The notes under the pieces: generated by a model
What the model saw: only the letters and a program-made list of their open reading frames with translations
Database searches by the model: none
Told to the model about the DNA's origin: nothing
In this document: positions 14,636 through 26,400 of the stretch, in pieces
Numbering within the stretch: position 1 is the first letter of the stretch
Layout: every line of letters starts with the position of its first letter
Assembly (NCBI GenBank): GCA_026023565.1
Contig: JAPETS010000028.1
Location: 310,001 to 374,000, forward strand
Reading direction: 5' to 3'
DNA: 64,000 bases
From: Cirrosporium novae-zelandiae
Taxonomy: Eukaryota
Made by a program: the position numbers and the translations under genes

Positions 14636-16585
14636 ATGGATTATTCAGCCCTACCTAATGATCCAGATCATCCAGCTGGCACATCACCATGGTCAACTTC
14701 CCCCCAACGACCGACATTCTCACCTAGTGACGTTCCAACTTCGCCTTTACCTCCACAACAACCGCAATCACCCTATGGCCCTGACCTAACTGATGAGCCT
14801 GGCCAGATATTTGCAAGCACACAGGATACCTTGATCTCGAGGGCAGGAACATACCCTCCGAGAACAGGAGGTTCTGAGTCTACTCAGACCTCGGAAGATT
14901 CTCCAAGCTCTCCCGATCTATCAGCTCGTTTGCAGAGCCCTCGTTTTGGCGAACCGGACTTTCCAAGTCACACAACACGTACATCCCAATATGCTCAATT
15001 TCCTCAACAACAGCAGCGAAGATCCGAGGCTCCAGGCCGATACCACAATGTCAATAAGCAGCAGCTCAGGCAAAACATTCCACAGTACAAGTTACAGGCA
15101 AAGATTACGGGGCTGGAACGAACTGGACGAAAAGACCCCATATTGAGGTTTGACGTCCATGTAAGTTCGGCTTCTTCTTATCTGATTTGAGATCAATTTA
15201 ATTGACTTCTTTAGACCAACCTGCCCAAATTTCGTACAACCCAGTTCCGAGATGTTAGGCGAACCCACTCGGAATTTATTAAGCTTGCTGACCATCTGAT
15301 ATCCTCTAATCCCGAAGCATTTGTACCAGCTGTGCCACCACCAATAACTGCTGCTGGAGCAGGCACTGATGAGGATGAGGCTCGGATTAAGGCATCAATG
15401 CAAAGATGGCTAAATTATGTATGCAGTAATGAAGTTCTTATACGGGATGATGAGATGATATTCTTCGTTGAAAGCGATTTCGGCTATAGCCCTGTCCACA
15501 GAATGAAACAGCCAGCGACAGGTGTCCGAAGAAAGGTCTTGAAGCAATTTGCTCCTCCTCCAGATGATACCCCAGAACTTCATGAAGCTCGTCCTGTCGT
15601 CAAGCTATTCTACCTTGGGACCATGGAGACCGGCCAGAAAGTCGATAGAGTCGTGAAAGCACGGAGAGGTACTTCTAGTGTAGTCGGTACCAAAGGAGCT
15701 TGACTAATTTTATTTATAGGTCTCGGTCTTGCAGAGTCTGACCTTGGAGTCAAGCTTGGACAAATGAGCGTTCAAGAAATACATCCAGGTCTAGCTAATG
15801 CCTACCGAAAGCTTGGAAAAATCATTCAAACTACTGGTGATTTCCATGCCGCCCAAGGAACAGCCGAAGCAGCTACATTTGCGGATCCTCTCAATTACCA
15901 TTCATCTGATGCTTTCATTGTGAAAGAAACTTTAACTAATCGACACATTCTATTACGAGAACTCCTTCAAGCGCAAACAGCAACAAGAAGCAAACTTAGT
16001 GCAGCCGATCGATTGAGAGCAAGCAGCTCTGTTCGACGAGAGAAAGTTGATGAAGCAATCAGTGCTCTTGATGAGGCTCGAAGCCATGAAACATATCTTA
16101 CCCAAAAGACCCAACGTGTTACTGCTAATCTCCTTCAAGAGAAGCGTCGATGGTTTGAACGGACTACTAATGACCTTCGAGGAAGTATTCGTGAATATAC
16201 CCTCCGTGAAATTGAGGCAGAACGTCGAACTTTGGCCACACTTGAAAGTGTCCGTGCTGACATCCGTGCCATTGATGCTTCTGGTGGACTCTCGAGATTA
16301 GGAAGAGAAGCACATCCTACTGTTCGACGATCTAGTTTAGCTTCTAGTCAAGGCCCACGTGGAGATGCTTGGAGTGGAGTTCCTCGGAGGCAAGATGCAT
16401 TGAATCGAAGCGCAACTGGTAGCTTCGTACCCCCTGTTCCAGAGGATAATGAGGTGAATAGCAACGGAGACAAAGGAAGAGCCCGAGCACTTAGCAAAAC
16501 GAGCCTTGGAGGCAAGGATGAAGAAGATGATGACAGGGTCGATGCGAAGAATGCAGCAAGTAGGCTTGCTGCCAGTACTTTTTAG
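14636..16585 (+). CDS. VPS17: Retromer PX-BAR subunit Vps17 (exons 14636-15160, 15215-15668, 15720-16585)
   Basis: LQAKITGLERTGRKDPILRFDVHTNLPKFRT, LKQFAPPPDDTPEL and C-terminal DAKNAASRLA. Confidence 0.93.
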
Positions 16586-17240
16586 ATGGGTATAACCCTT
16601 TTCGCATTATTACCTCCTGAAGGCCGAAGCTGCCCAGAGCTGGATATTCCTATTGAAATTAGCGAGAAGCGGAAGAAAATCACTATAGCAGTATTTTTGT
16701 TTGCATCATAACCAGAATGAGATCATTCTCTAATCATAGGATACCCCGGGATTGGGCCAAAGCTGTTCTGTTCAAGAGCAAGCTGCAGAGTGAACGTGTG
16801 AAGATTGACAACTGCTGTTTATGCAAGTGATATATTTCTTCACCCTTATAATGCCTATATAACGTGGCAAAAAATTAATGAACTGTTGAGAAGTAGCAAG
16901 CTATCATCATTCCATGACATCCACCTTCTATTTTTACTTGCAGTGGCTATTTTAAAAACTGCTTCTTGTTGGTTTTCTACTTGATCGGGTCAAGCGGCCC
17001 ATAGAATTCAGCAGCTGTGCAATTTGCCACACTTCCTTCCCCCAGCCTTCTGTTGCTACTATACGTGATTTATATGGAATGTCCCACATTGAAATAGGCC
17101 TACCATTTTCTTTTCTAATAGGATGGTAAATGCTAAGCCTTGAAACCTAAGGCCCTATAACATCTAAGCTTGCCTCTACTCTTCCATTTACTACATTGCA
17201 TTACCCCAAAAACATATTTTCACAAATTATGATTCACCCA

Positions 17241-18220
17241 TCACATTCCCATCAAAGCCAAGGCAGTTTCCGTCCCACCCAGACCTCTTCTCGGGCCGGA
17301 TTCAAGGCCCAGCTTTCTGAAAGCTTCTGTAAAACCGGATCTGGACTTTTCAACCCGTCGTACCAAGTGGTTGAATCGGAAATCAGCCATTTCTTTTGTT
17401 GACTTCTCGAGAACCTCCTCTGTTTCATCCAACGCTGCATTCAGGAAACCAAGCGCAATTGACAAATGTTCTATGTTACCAGCTATGCGATTGTTTTCAA
17501 CTGCACTGCCTATTTGTGCTGCATCATCATTGATCACATCCATCAATTTATTCATGTGGTCTTCCAAAAAGGCTTAATGTCCTTCATAATGATGGCGTTG
17601 TTAGCCAAGACTTGATGGCAGGCGGCAAAGTGCTTTCTAAGCACCGTCTCTTTCTCGATTTGGGGGTCTGCTGGAATAACAAGGGGTTAGATCGCTTCTT
17701 CCCCCCTCGGAGGCAAGACGTGTCATTTTTTGGTTCAGGGACACAAGTTCCTTACTCTCTTCTCGAAGTTTCTTCCGGCCACGGCTGGTTCTGTGGATTC
17801 CTTAGTTTTACTCTACACTACAGAGCATAAGGATACTTACTCCCCCTATCCAGGCGTACTGGTTTATCGGCTGTCATTCCAGTATTATGATGAGCATACT
17901 CGCATGTATCTTCGGCCTTCATGCATCCTCCATGGGCCCAATAGTAACAGGTTAGGTACTTTGTTGCATTCAGTTTACGTGACTGAGCGAATCCCCCGCC
18001 ACGCTGTTGCGGAGTTTTATATTTTGGTGCACCGGAAGATATATCGGCCTCTGGAATCGGCAAATTTTGCTTCAGTAAATCATTCAATTATTATTGGAAA
18101 ATCTGCTGCCACTTACTGTATTTGACGCTCTTGAAGGTTATGGGGCGAACTTGAGGGAAACAGAGTTGTTTCGTATACCTATGGCGATCTAAGTCGGCCA
18201 GATGTTCGGGCCCATTCTAA
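17241..18220 (-). CDS. Putative CCCH zinc-finger protein, multi-exon; boundaries and integrity uncertain
   Basis: LTCYYWAHGGCMKAEDTCEYAH (C-x7-C-x6-C-x3-H). Splicing a short intron (gtaagt...cag) continues into KPAVAGRN. The helical ORF 17241-17567 lies downstream. Confidence 0.5.
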
Positions 18221-19992
18221 GAAATAAGGAGAAGGGTGGAGAAAGTGTATACACACTTTTTATTCGCCTTTAACTACCGGGTTAAAAAGGCCCGAAAGTC
18301 TGAAATAAAAACTAGGTGTTGGTTGTCACAAAGTCCAGAGGAGGCCACTCGTCAGAAAGACGAAAATGCATTGTGATCCGTTCACTCCTTCATCATCTAA
18401 ATAAACCTATGCATGTACTCTGCAAGCAACCTGACAACAGAATATAGCAACAATATGACAAGACTATGGAATGAAGGGGTTTAAGCAGCTTATATTCTTA
18501 CGATAATTCCCAATTTTTCAGATACCTTTTCATTAACAAATACGGTTTTAGCACCCTCCCAAAGCAATATGATTCTGCCTGCTTACTAGTGCTGAGTCCC
18601 TAGATGTTTACATCAGGATATGATGGCAACTTACCGTGCCCCTTTACAACACATCTCTGCTCTTAACAAATGTATGCAGATTGCCGAGTTTGATATGTAT
18701 ACTAACATGCCTAGAGACAAAGATCCAGATTTCGCTTTCAAAAAGCAAACCGGAGTCCTATCGATGCACCTCATGCCAAATAGAATATTGATACGAGGCA
18801 TACCAGAGCCCATCCCTCAAACTGCTAAGTATAATCGTATCTAACGTAATGTTATGAAATGAAATTGAAGAACAAGAGGGCAATAAGTAGCCAGGAGGCA
18901 TAGTGTCTGCATGCTTGTCACTGCCTAGTGAATCTCCCATTAGTACTTAAGGATGCCATATCTGTCAGCTGGCGTATCGTCTTTTCATAGCTTGCATTTG
19001 CCTTACATATGTATCCACAGCTAGACAACATGTCTTTTCGCCCGTTTGAGAGCCAAAAAGAACAAGCAATCAATGTAATTTAATCTTCTAATCCCTATGA
19101 CCGGTGGCCTTCTTGCCTCTCCCAGATATTTATCAGTGAAAAATCAACACTTCTTCAGTCATCCGTCCCCCTTTACAAGGAAACAGATATCTTCATTCTT
19201 GCTTTTTACCCTTCTGCCATCATCATGACAATTATGGTCAGCAATTGCTTCGCAATTATAAAGAGGATGAGACCTAACCTAGCCTTAGTTACCTGTTTTC
19301 TGATTAATTAATTCAAATTCGCTGTTAGGTGCAATGTAGATCTTAAACTAAAATAGCGAGGTTCTTGAAAATTTAGTCTAGATATCTGTCCCGTATACCT
19401 CGTATTAAAATAAGGCCATAAGCGTCTTGATAGCCTGTGCGTAGCTTATCACATCTCAAGAAACAAGAGAGTTACTGGAGTAGCTAGATAATCTGGGTGG
19501 TGTTTTCGGAATATTCAATAGCTATTTTGATTAAGTAAGTGATGTCGTAATTTCTACCCTTATCCTATCCTACAGGCTTACATCTTACATAGAGCTTTTC
19601 TATAGAAACGTCTCCTGAATTCTCTAATGACTCTGCTTAGGTTAAAAATACAGTATTACTAATGCATATTTACGATGACTGCGTGCATATAATGTCAAGG
19701 ATATCATCGAAAATTAATAGTATTACCAATCGATCAATTGATCACTCATCTATAGAATGGCAGCGGACCCAGTATATAAAATACAATTCAAAATGACATG
19801 AAGGATAATTAAAAGTTGAGAAATATCGAAGTAGCCATTAACTTTACCGTTCATAAATCTACTTTGTTTCAGGGACCGGCTGCACATTACGTCTTCCGCC
19901 ACAGCAATACTCATATCTACCCCACAACCTTCAAATCTACTCCCTTGTCAATTAAGCACAAAACATCAACAGGTAGATCAATTATTATCAAT

Positions 19993-21098
19993 ATGAAGAC
20001 TTTCATGTGAGTTTTGATAGGGATTAGGTGAATTAAACTAACAATTGCCAAAGTACCGGAGCAACTGGCTATATTGGTGGTGACGCCCTCTATGCTCTCC
20101 TCAAAGCTCATCCCGAGGCCGAAAGCGATATTACAGCTCTCGTTCGCAATAGTGACAAAGGAGCCCTGATTGCTGCAAAATACCCGAAGATAAACCTAGT
20201 CTATGGAGACCTTAACTCAGCCGACCTGCTGGAAGAAGAAGCAAAGAAAGCTGATGCGATCTTTCATTTTGCAGATGCTGACCACGAAGGTGCAGCAGAA
20301 GCTCTAGCCAAAGGTCTTGCTGCACACACAGAAGAGCACCCAGGCTTCTTGGTCCACACTTCCGGTACGGGGCTCTTGATGACTGGAGACGTTGAGCGAA
20401 AAGTATTCGGGGGAACCTCCACCAAGATTTATAATGATTGGGATGGACTTAGCGAAGTGACGAGTCTCCCGGATTATGCTTTTCATCGCATTACGGATAA
20501 GATAATACTTGCTGCCGGAACTAGTAAGCCTGGAGCAGCGAAAACGGCGATCGTTTGCCCGCCCACGATCTATGGATTAGGAAGGGGCATAGGAAATAAA
20601 AGGAGCGCTCAGGTCTATGAACTCATTAAAGGTACGTTTCAGGTGAAACATGGGATCCAAATCGGAGAAGGAAAAGCCATCATGGATGATATTCATGTCT
20701 ATGACCTGAGTGATTTATACGTTCGATTTTACGAAGCTGCCACAGAGGGTGGTGGAAAGGCGACATGGGGGAAGGATGGGTATTACTTTGTCGAGAACGG
20801 CGAACATGTTTGGGGCGAGGTAGCGAAGAAGGTGGCAAATATTGCACATAAAAAGGGCCTCATTCCTACCGCCGAAGTTAAGGTCGTCCCGGATGATGAA
20901 GCCAACAAAATCAGTCCAGGTGGTCATGTACTATGGGGAGCAAACTCCAGAGGGAAGGCACTAAGAGCAAGAAAGTTGCTGGGCTGGGAGGCAAAAGAAC
21001 GTAACCTCAATGACGAGCTTCCTGATGCTGTGACTCAAGAGGCGGAACGCCTTGGACTAATTCAGGGCCATGCTGCAAAGGCTGCTGGCACTGCTTGA
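19993..21098 (+). CDS. NAD(P)-dependent epimerase/dehydratase (extended/atypical SDR) family protein (exons 19993-20006, 20054-21098)
   Basis: The spliced N-terminus is MKTFITGATGYIGG (Rossmann). Also VHTSGTG, IVCPPTIYG and IHVYDLSDLY. Confidence 0.9.
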
Positions 21099-21840
21099 AA
21101 GCAACACTCCCCAGATCGCTTGTTTGTACAGCACAGGAGTCAATTTGATGAAATAGCTTAATATCTCGCCAGGGGTTACCGTGAAATCGGCCACTAAGAA
21201 ATAACATAAGAAGGGGGAAGTATAGTAATAAAAACTCAGTATAGACAGTATAGCTTCTTCTCATATGTACCGTACTATTGCGAGATCAACAAGTCAAGGG
21301 ACTTTGGATATTAAAATTCGAAGGGTTGAGATAGAGACCGAAAAACCCTCTATTATGTCTAGGCCAGACTTGTTGGAAGAAGTACTTACTGTATAGACCG
21401 AAAACATGGCATATAGAAAGAATGGCTGCAGTTATTAAGGGAATTCCTCAATAATTTTTATCTCAAGGTTAAAGTGATATAGGCCCGTGCACCTAGCGTT
21501 CACCCTATATCATCGGACACAATCACGAAACAAAGAATGTCTTCAGGTATTCGAACAGGCAATGTTGAAAATAAAAAAACAGCCAATGAGAATTTAAACC
21601 AAGACACCCCTCTGGGGAATTCTCCTTCTTGAAGCGAACGAGGTATTCTCTCCCCGCTGAGTCTATAAATAGAGTAGATATGATATGAAATCGTCGCTGG
21701 AGTCATGGTTTCTCCATGTTGCCAGCGGAAGAAATGTTTTACTACCCCTCAGCAAAAGAGATAGATACTTAAGGGCCATCGATACTGTCTTAGTTTAATG
21801 CTGTTTTTACCCTACTCTCCTATTCTCATTTCTAGTTATA

Positions 21841-22209
21841 TTATCCTTTTATCTTGGAACTCCGTTGGCTCTGGTACACTCACTCCATGGAACCCCTCAA
21901 TACGGCATTTATGAACTCGAAAGGATCATTAGTGAGAGGGAAGAATATTGTGGGGCATTTTTTTGAGCATACCAAAGACATAAGGAGTCCCTGGTCCAAA
22001 AGGATGGTATCACTGCAATCAATGCTGCCACCTCCCTGGATATTACTCCCCAGGCGTTGCGAACTGCCATTAGAGCCTGGGGGGACATGCCAGAGCTGGA
22101 TGACACGGTATTAAATTCAGAAAAAACGAAGATGGCTACAATTGGATATGAAACCCTTCTGGACCCGATCCCAAATGAGGCCAGCGCAATGATCTTGGAC
22201 CATGGGTAG
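21841..22209 (+). pseudogene. Possible degenerate gene fragment
   Basis: 123-codon protein-like frame with one in-frame TGA (21964-21966), preceded by an acceptor-like ttctag. No family recognised. Confidence 0.25.
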
Positions 22210-23425
22210 TCATAAGTCCTACGGTATTAAATCCTATGTCTTTGGCTTTCATCTTCCTTAACTATACATATGCCCACATAGTTCATAGTACCTATTCATA
22301 CTTGTACCCTAATAATATTCATCTAGTACCAGGAACACAGATACCTTTTCGTCGCCGCTATCCCTCTACCTATGAGTCTTTGATAACAAAGACCTAAGTG
22401 AAACTACGAGACACTGACTTGTGATCGATTCTACTGTTCTATAAGTAATCTAATTTCGTATTAGCATTTGGTCATGTTGGTACTTTACATTCCGGATGAT
22501 CCAGATAAATATATGATTCAGAAGCTAGATGAGACTATCCTACCTCTAGCTTTCCATCAACTTTTTCCTTAGGTATCATGAGCGTTTATTAGTAACTCAT
22601 AATCAGAGAGGGGATCATTAATTGAAGGTCCTGGGATAGGAATCTCGTGTTCTCCCGTCTTTAGAATTCCATGTGTCTACAATCCCAACCCATCAGTATT
22701 TGCCCTGCTAAACGAATATTCTGGGACCTCGATTCGCTTAAAGGGGTTTCTAACAGTAGAGCTGTATAAGTCTATTATAAACAAAGATTGGTCCTCATTA
22801 AAATATTTCTAGCATGAATTGATAGATTCTCTCACTTCTAACCCTTGTTAATGCTCTAAGTGGTTTATCCATATAGGCTAAACATGAACGGTCTAACACT
22901 GTATTCGGTTTGTACAATCCAATTACTAATTATTGTAGTCAATGTACAGTACCATGCGACCCGAATTTGCCTTTTTATTTTCGGATTTGAATGCAGATTT
23001 TTTTTATTTCTCGTATAGTACAAGCATTACACTTAGTTTAAATGTACTCCATAGCCGCCGATTGTCCTATAATCAATTAAAAACAATGCAATGATCACGT
23101 TATGTGACTAGGCTTGCTAAGTTCAAAGCAAGGATTATGTGGGATGTTTCGCGTCTAGCGCCCGATTTTAGCTAAGCGACAGCCGCGTTGAAGAATACCC
23201 GTTCGCATTATTTCCGAAGTGAAGTAACAGCTAGTTAACAGTAATGAAACAACATTTCAGAATTCAGAATTCGACGATTCCTTCCTACATCTACTTACTT
23301 ATAACCCCCAATTTCAAACATTATATCATTCTGCGAATCTAACGGAACTTTCAAACCCTCGATGCGACAAAACTCACCTGTAACATTGACCAACCTGAGG
23401 GCTTTGGGGTCCTCTGCGGGCACTC

Positions 23426-26400
23426 ATGCCTCCTGCGGCTGGAAACAAAAGAAAGAGGGGCGATCGAACGTGGTCTCAAGACAGTAGGAACGATGCTGGT
23501 AGACCGTCTCCGCACCGCCCAGACAATTTGAATTTGGCTCAACAGCATGGCTATCCTTCACCGAACAACGCAGGGCATAATCCTGACGGCCGGGGAAGAG
23601 GTGGAAGGAGAGTAAGTAGAACTTCTCGTGGTGGTGGAAACCCCAGAAATTCAATCGGTGGAGCGAATCCTCCCCAAACTCCTGATCGAGGAAACTTGAC
23701 TACCTCAAAAGCCATGTCCCCTCCGACGAGTCATCGTGCACATCCAGAATCTAGCACCAATGCGGTCACCCCTAGACCACCTGCGACTCGTATTGAGAGA
23801 CGTGCTCCCTCGCCTAAGCCACTCCCCAAATCTTATAGCTATGAATTCATCATAGACGAGAGAGTCACAACTTGGAGAGATGGTGGCAGGAAGGCTGTGG
23901 TGGAGCAGGGAATACAAGCTCAAGCTGATGAGGATCCTATAGCATTGGGAACCATATTTCAAGAGCTTTTGAGGTCAGCGGTGGATGGCCGCATAGCTCC
24001 GGTCGAAACTGGAGCCGTAATTAAGGATATACTGGGAGAAGACACTACACGTGATCAGGATGCTACTGAAGTCATTTCATTTGAATTCAACTCCAGGTCT
24101 ATGTTTCTAGACAATCTGTCTATCTTCACGGATCAGGTTTACGCGCAGCCTACCTTACAAGCCCTACTTTCTGCTACTGGAATTTCCCCTGACCTTGTGC
24201 GGCTAGAACTTGATGCACCGTTGATGCAGTCTCTCGGACTGGTGCGAGATACATTCACACGGATGGCGATACGAAAACAGACGAATTTGATATACCGTCA
24301 ATCCAACTACAATCTCCTTCGAGAAGAAACGGAAGGCTATTCAAAGCTCATGACGGATCTATACGTGATAAGCTCCATGACTAGCCCTCGCGATACATCG
24401 TCCAGTGAAGTAGTGCAGGAAACCTTTGAGAGAGTGAAGGCTATGATTGGCGCCTTTGACCTAGATGTGGGAAGGGCACTTGACGTTATTCTCGATGTTA
24501 CTGCTGCCCTCCTGGTCAAGCAATTCCGATTTTTCGTCAAATTCTTCCGTTTGAGCTCTTGGTGGCCCAAACAAAAAATCGGAGTTCTCTCTGCTAAAGA
24601 CCAATATACTTCACTTCCAAGCTGGGCATTGCCAGAAAGCAGCGGTTGGACCACCAGTGCTCAAGAGAAGGTGGAGATCTTGGCTCGCAAGGAAATCAAA
24701 GATAATGTATTTTGGGACAGGGTACGAGAAATTGGAGTCCAGGCATTCTTTGAGATTGGAAGACAGGTTGCAACCAAGAAATATGCAAATCTTGATGACG
24801 CCGACTCACTGGAAGATGAAGGTGATCGCAAATGGGTCGAAGAAACAGGAACTCTCCCCCCTCCAGGAAACAGGATTGCAGCTCAGTTGCTTGGTTTCAA
24901 ACTTCGCTTCTATGCCTCAGATGCAAGAGACCAGAGTGATGTTTTACCAATGAATCTAATTTATCTGGCTGGCCTCCTTGTTAAGATAGGCTTCATATCA
25001 CTTCGGGACTTGTACCCTCACCTCTGTCCTGCTGATGAGGCAATGGAAGGCGTTCGAGAGAAAATGACAAAGGAAAAAGTGGAACGTGAAAAGGCAAACA
25101 GACCAGGTGGCGGAGCCATGAATGCATTGATGATGGCTGGTGCACTTGCGGATGACACCTTACCACCGGCAAGGATACGGGAACTCGAAACCCATCGAAA
25201 TACACCAACACGAACCGACACTGAGTCTGAGAAGCAAGCAACACCTAGTAAAGACGACGATAAAGATAAGCTTCCAGAGCCTGCTGATCAGAAGGTTCAA
25301 CTTCTCAGGCAGTTACTCGCACTCGGCGCTCTTCCAGATGCTCTTTATATTCTGGGGAAGTTTCCTTGGCTTCTTGACTTATTTCCTGATTTACCCGAAT
25401 ACCTTCATCGCATTCTGCATCATAGTCTCAGCAAGGTTTATGAATCCTTGCGACCCTTGGCAGATAAATCACAGTTGCGTGAACAAAAGAATATAGTTCT
25501 CCTCGACCAGACCGGAGTACCCAAAGGGTACATACACCATGAGCTAGCTCCTATCAGGAAGTCTCTCCGTTGGTGTAACCTGGATCTTTTTGATGCGAAA
25601 GAAGGAATAGACTACAGGTTCTACTGGGACGACTGGAATGATAGCATACCGGTCTGCCAGACGATCGATGATGTTTTTACGCTTTGCAGTTCGTTGCTCA
25701 ACTATTCTGGGGTGAAGATTGGCCAGGATCCACTTCTCTTGTTAAAATTGACTAGGATAGGGAAGCATAGCCTTGGAAATGATCAATCCTCTGAGAATAA
25801 ATCACGCTGGATTGACCTGTGCAAACGTCTACTCGTACCGGCCCTTAGCTTAACGAAGAACAACCCGGGGGTGGTCAACGAAGTATTTGATCTACTAAAG
25901 AATTTTTCAACAGAAACGCGATATTCTATTTACGCCGAATGGTATAGTGGTCAGATTTCACGGCTTCCTGATATAAAACTTGCTTTCGATCAGGCTAGAG
26001 CGGAAACTAAAGATGTTATGAAACGAATAAGCAAAACGAACACCAAGCCTATGGCTAGAGCTTTGGCAAGGGTGGCATATTCCTCCCCTGGTGTTGTCTT
26101 CAACGTTGCTATTTCGCAAATTGAATCATATGACAATCTGGTTGAAGTTGTCGTTGAATGCGCTCGATATTTCACCTATCTTGGGTATGATGTTTTGACC
26201 TGGTCATTGATGAGTGCACTTGGGCAGAGTAGAAGTCGTGTCCAAGCTGATGGTATGCTGACGAGCAAATGGTTGGCTGCCTTGTCATTATTCGCTGGAA
26301 GGGTTTTCCGGCGATATTCTGTCATGAATCCCACCCCTATCCTTCAATATGTCGCCGAACAACTTCGAAAGGACAATTCAACCGATCTTATTGTACTGGA

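Noticed and set aside
18300..19900. AT-rich gap as a transposon or RIP relic
   Set aside because: I recognised no terminal repeats and no transposase or reverse-transcriptase motifs.
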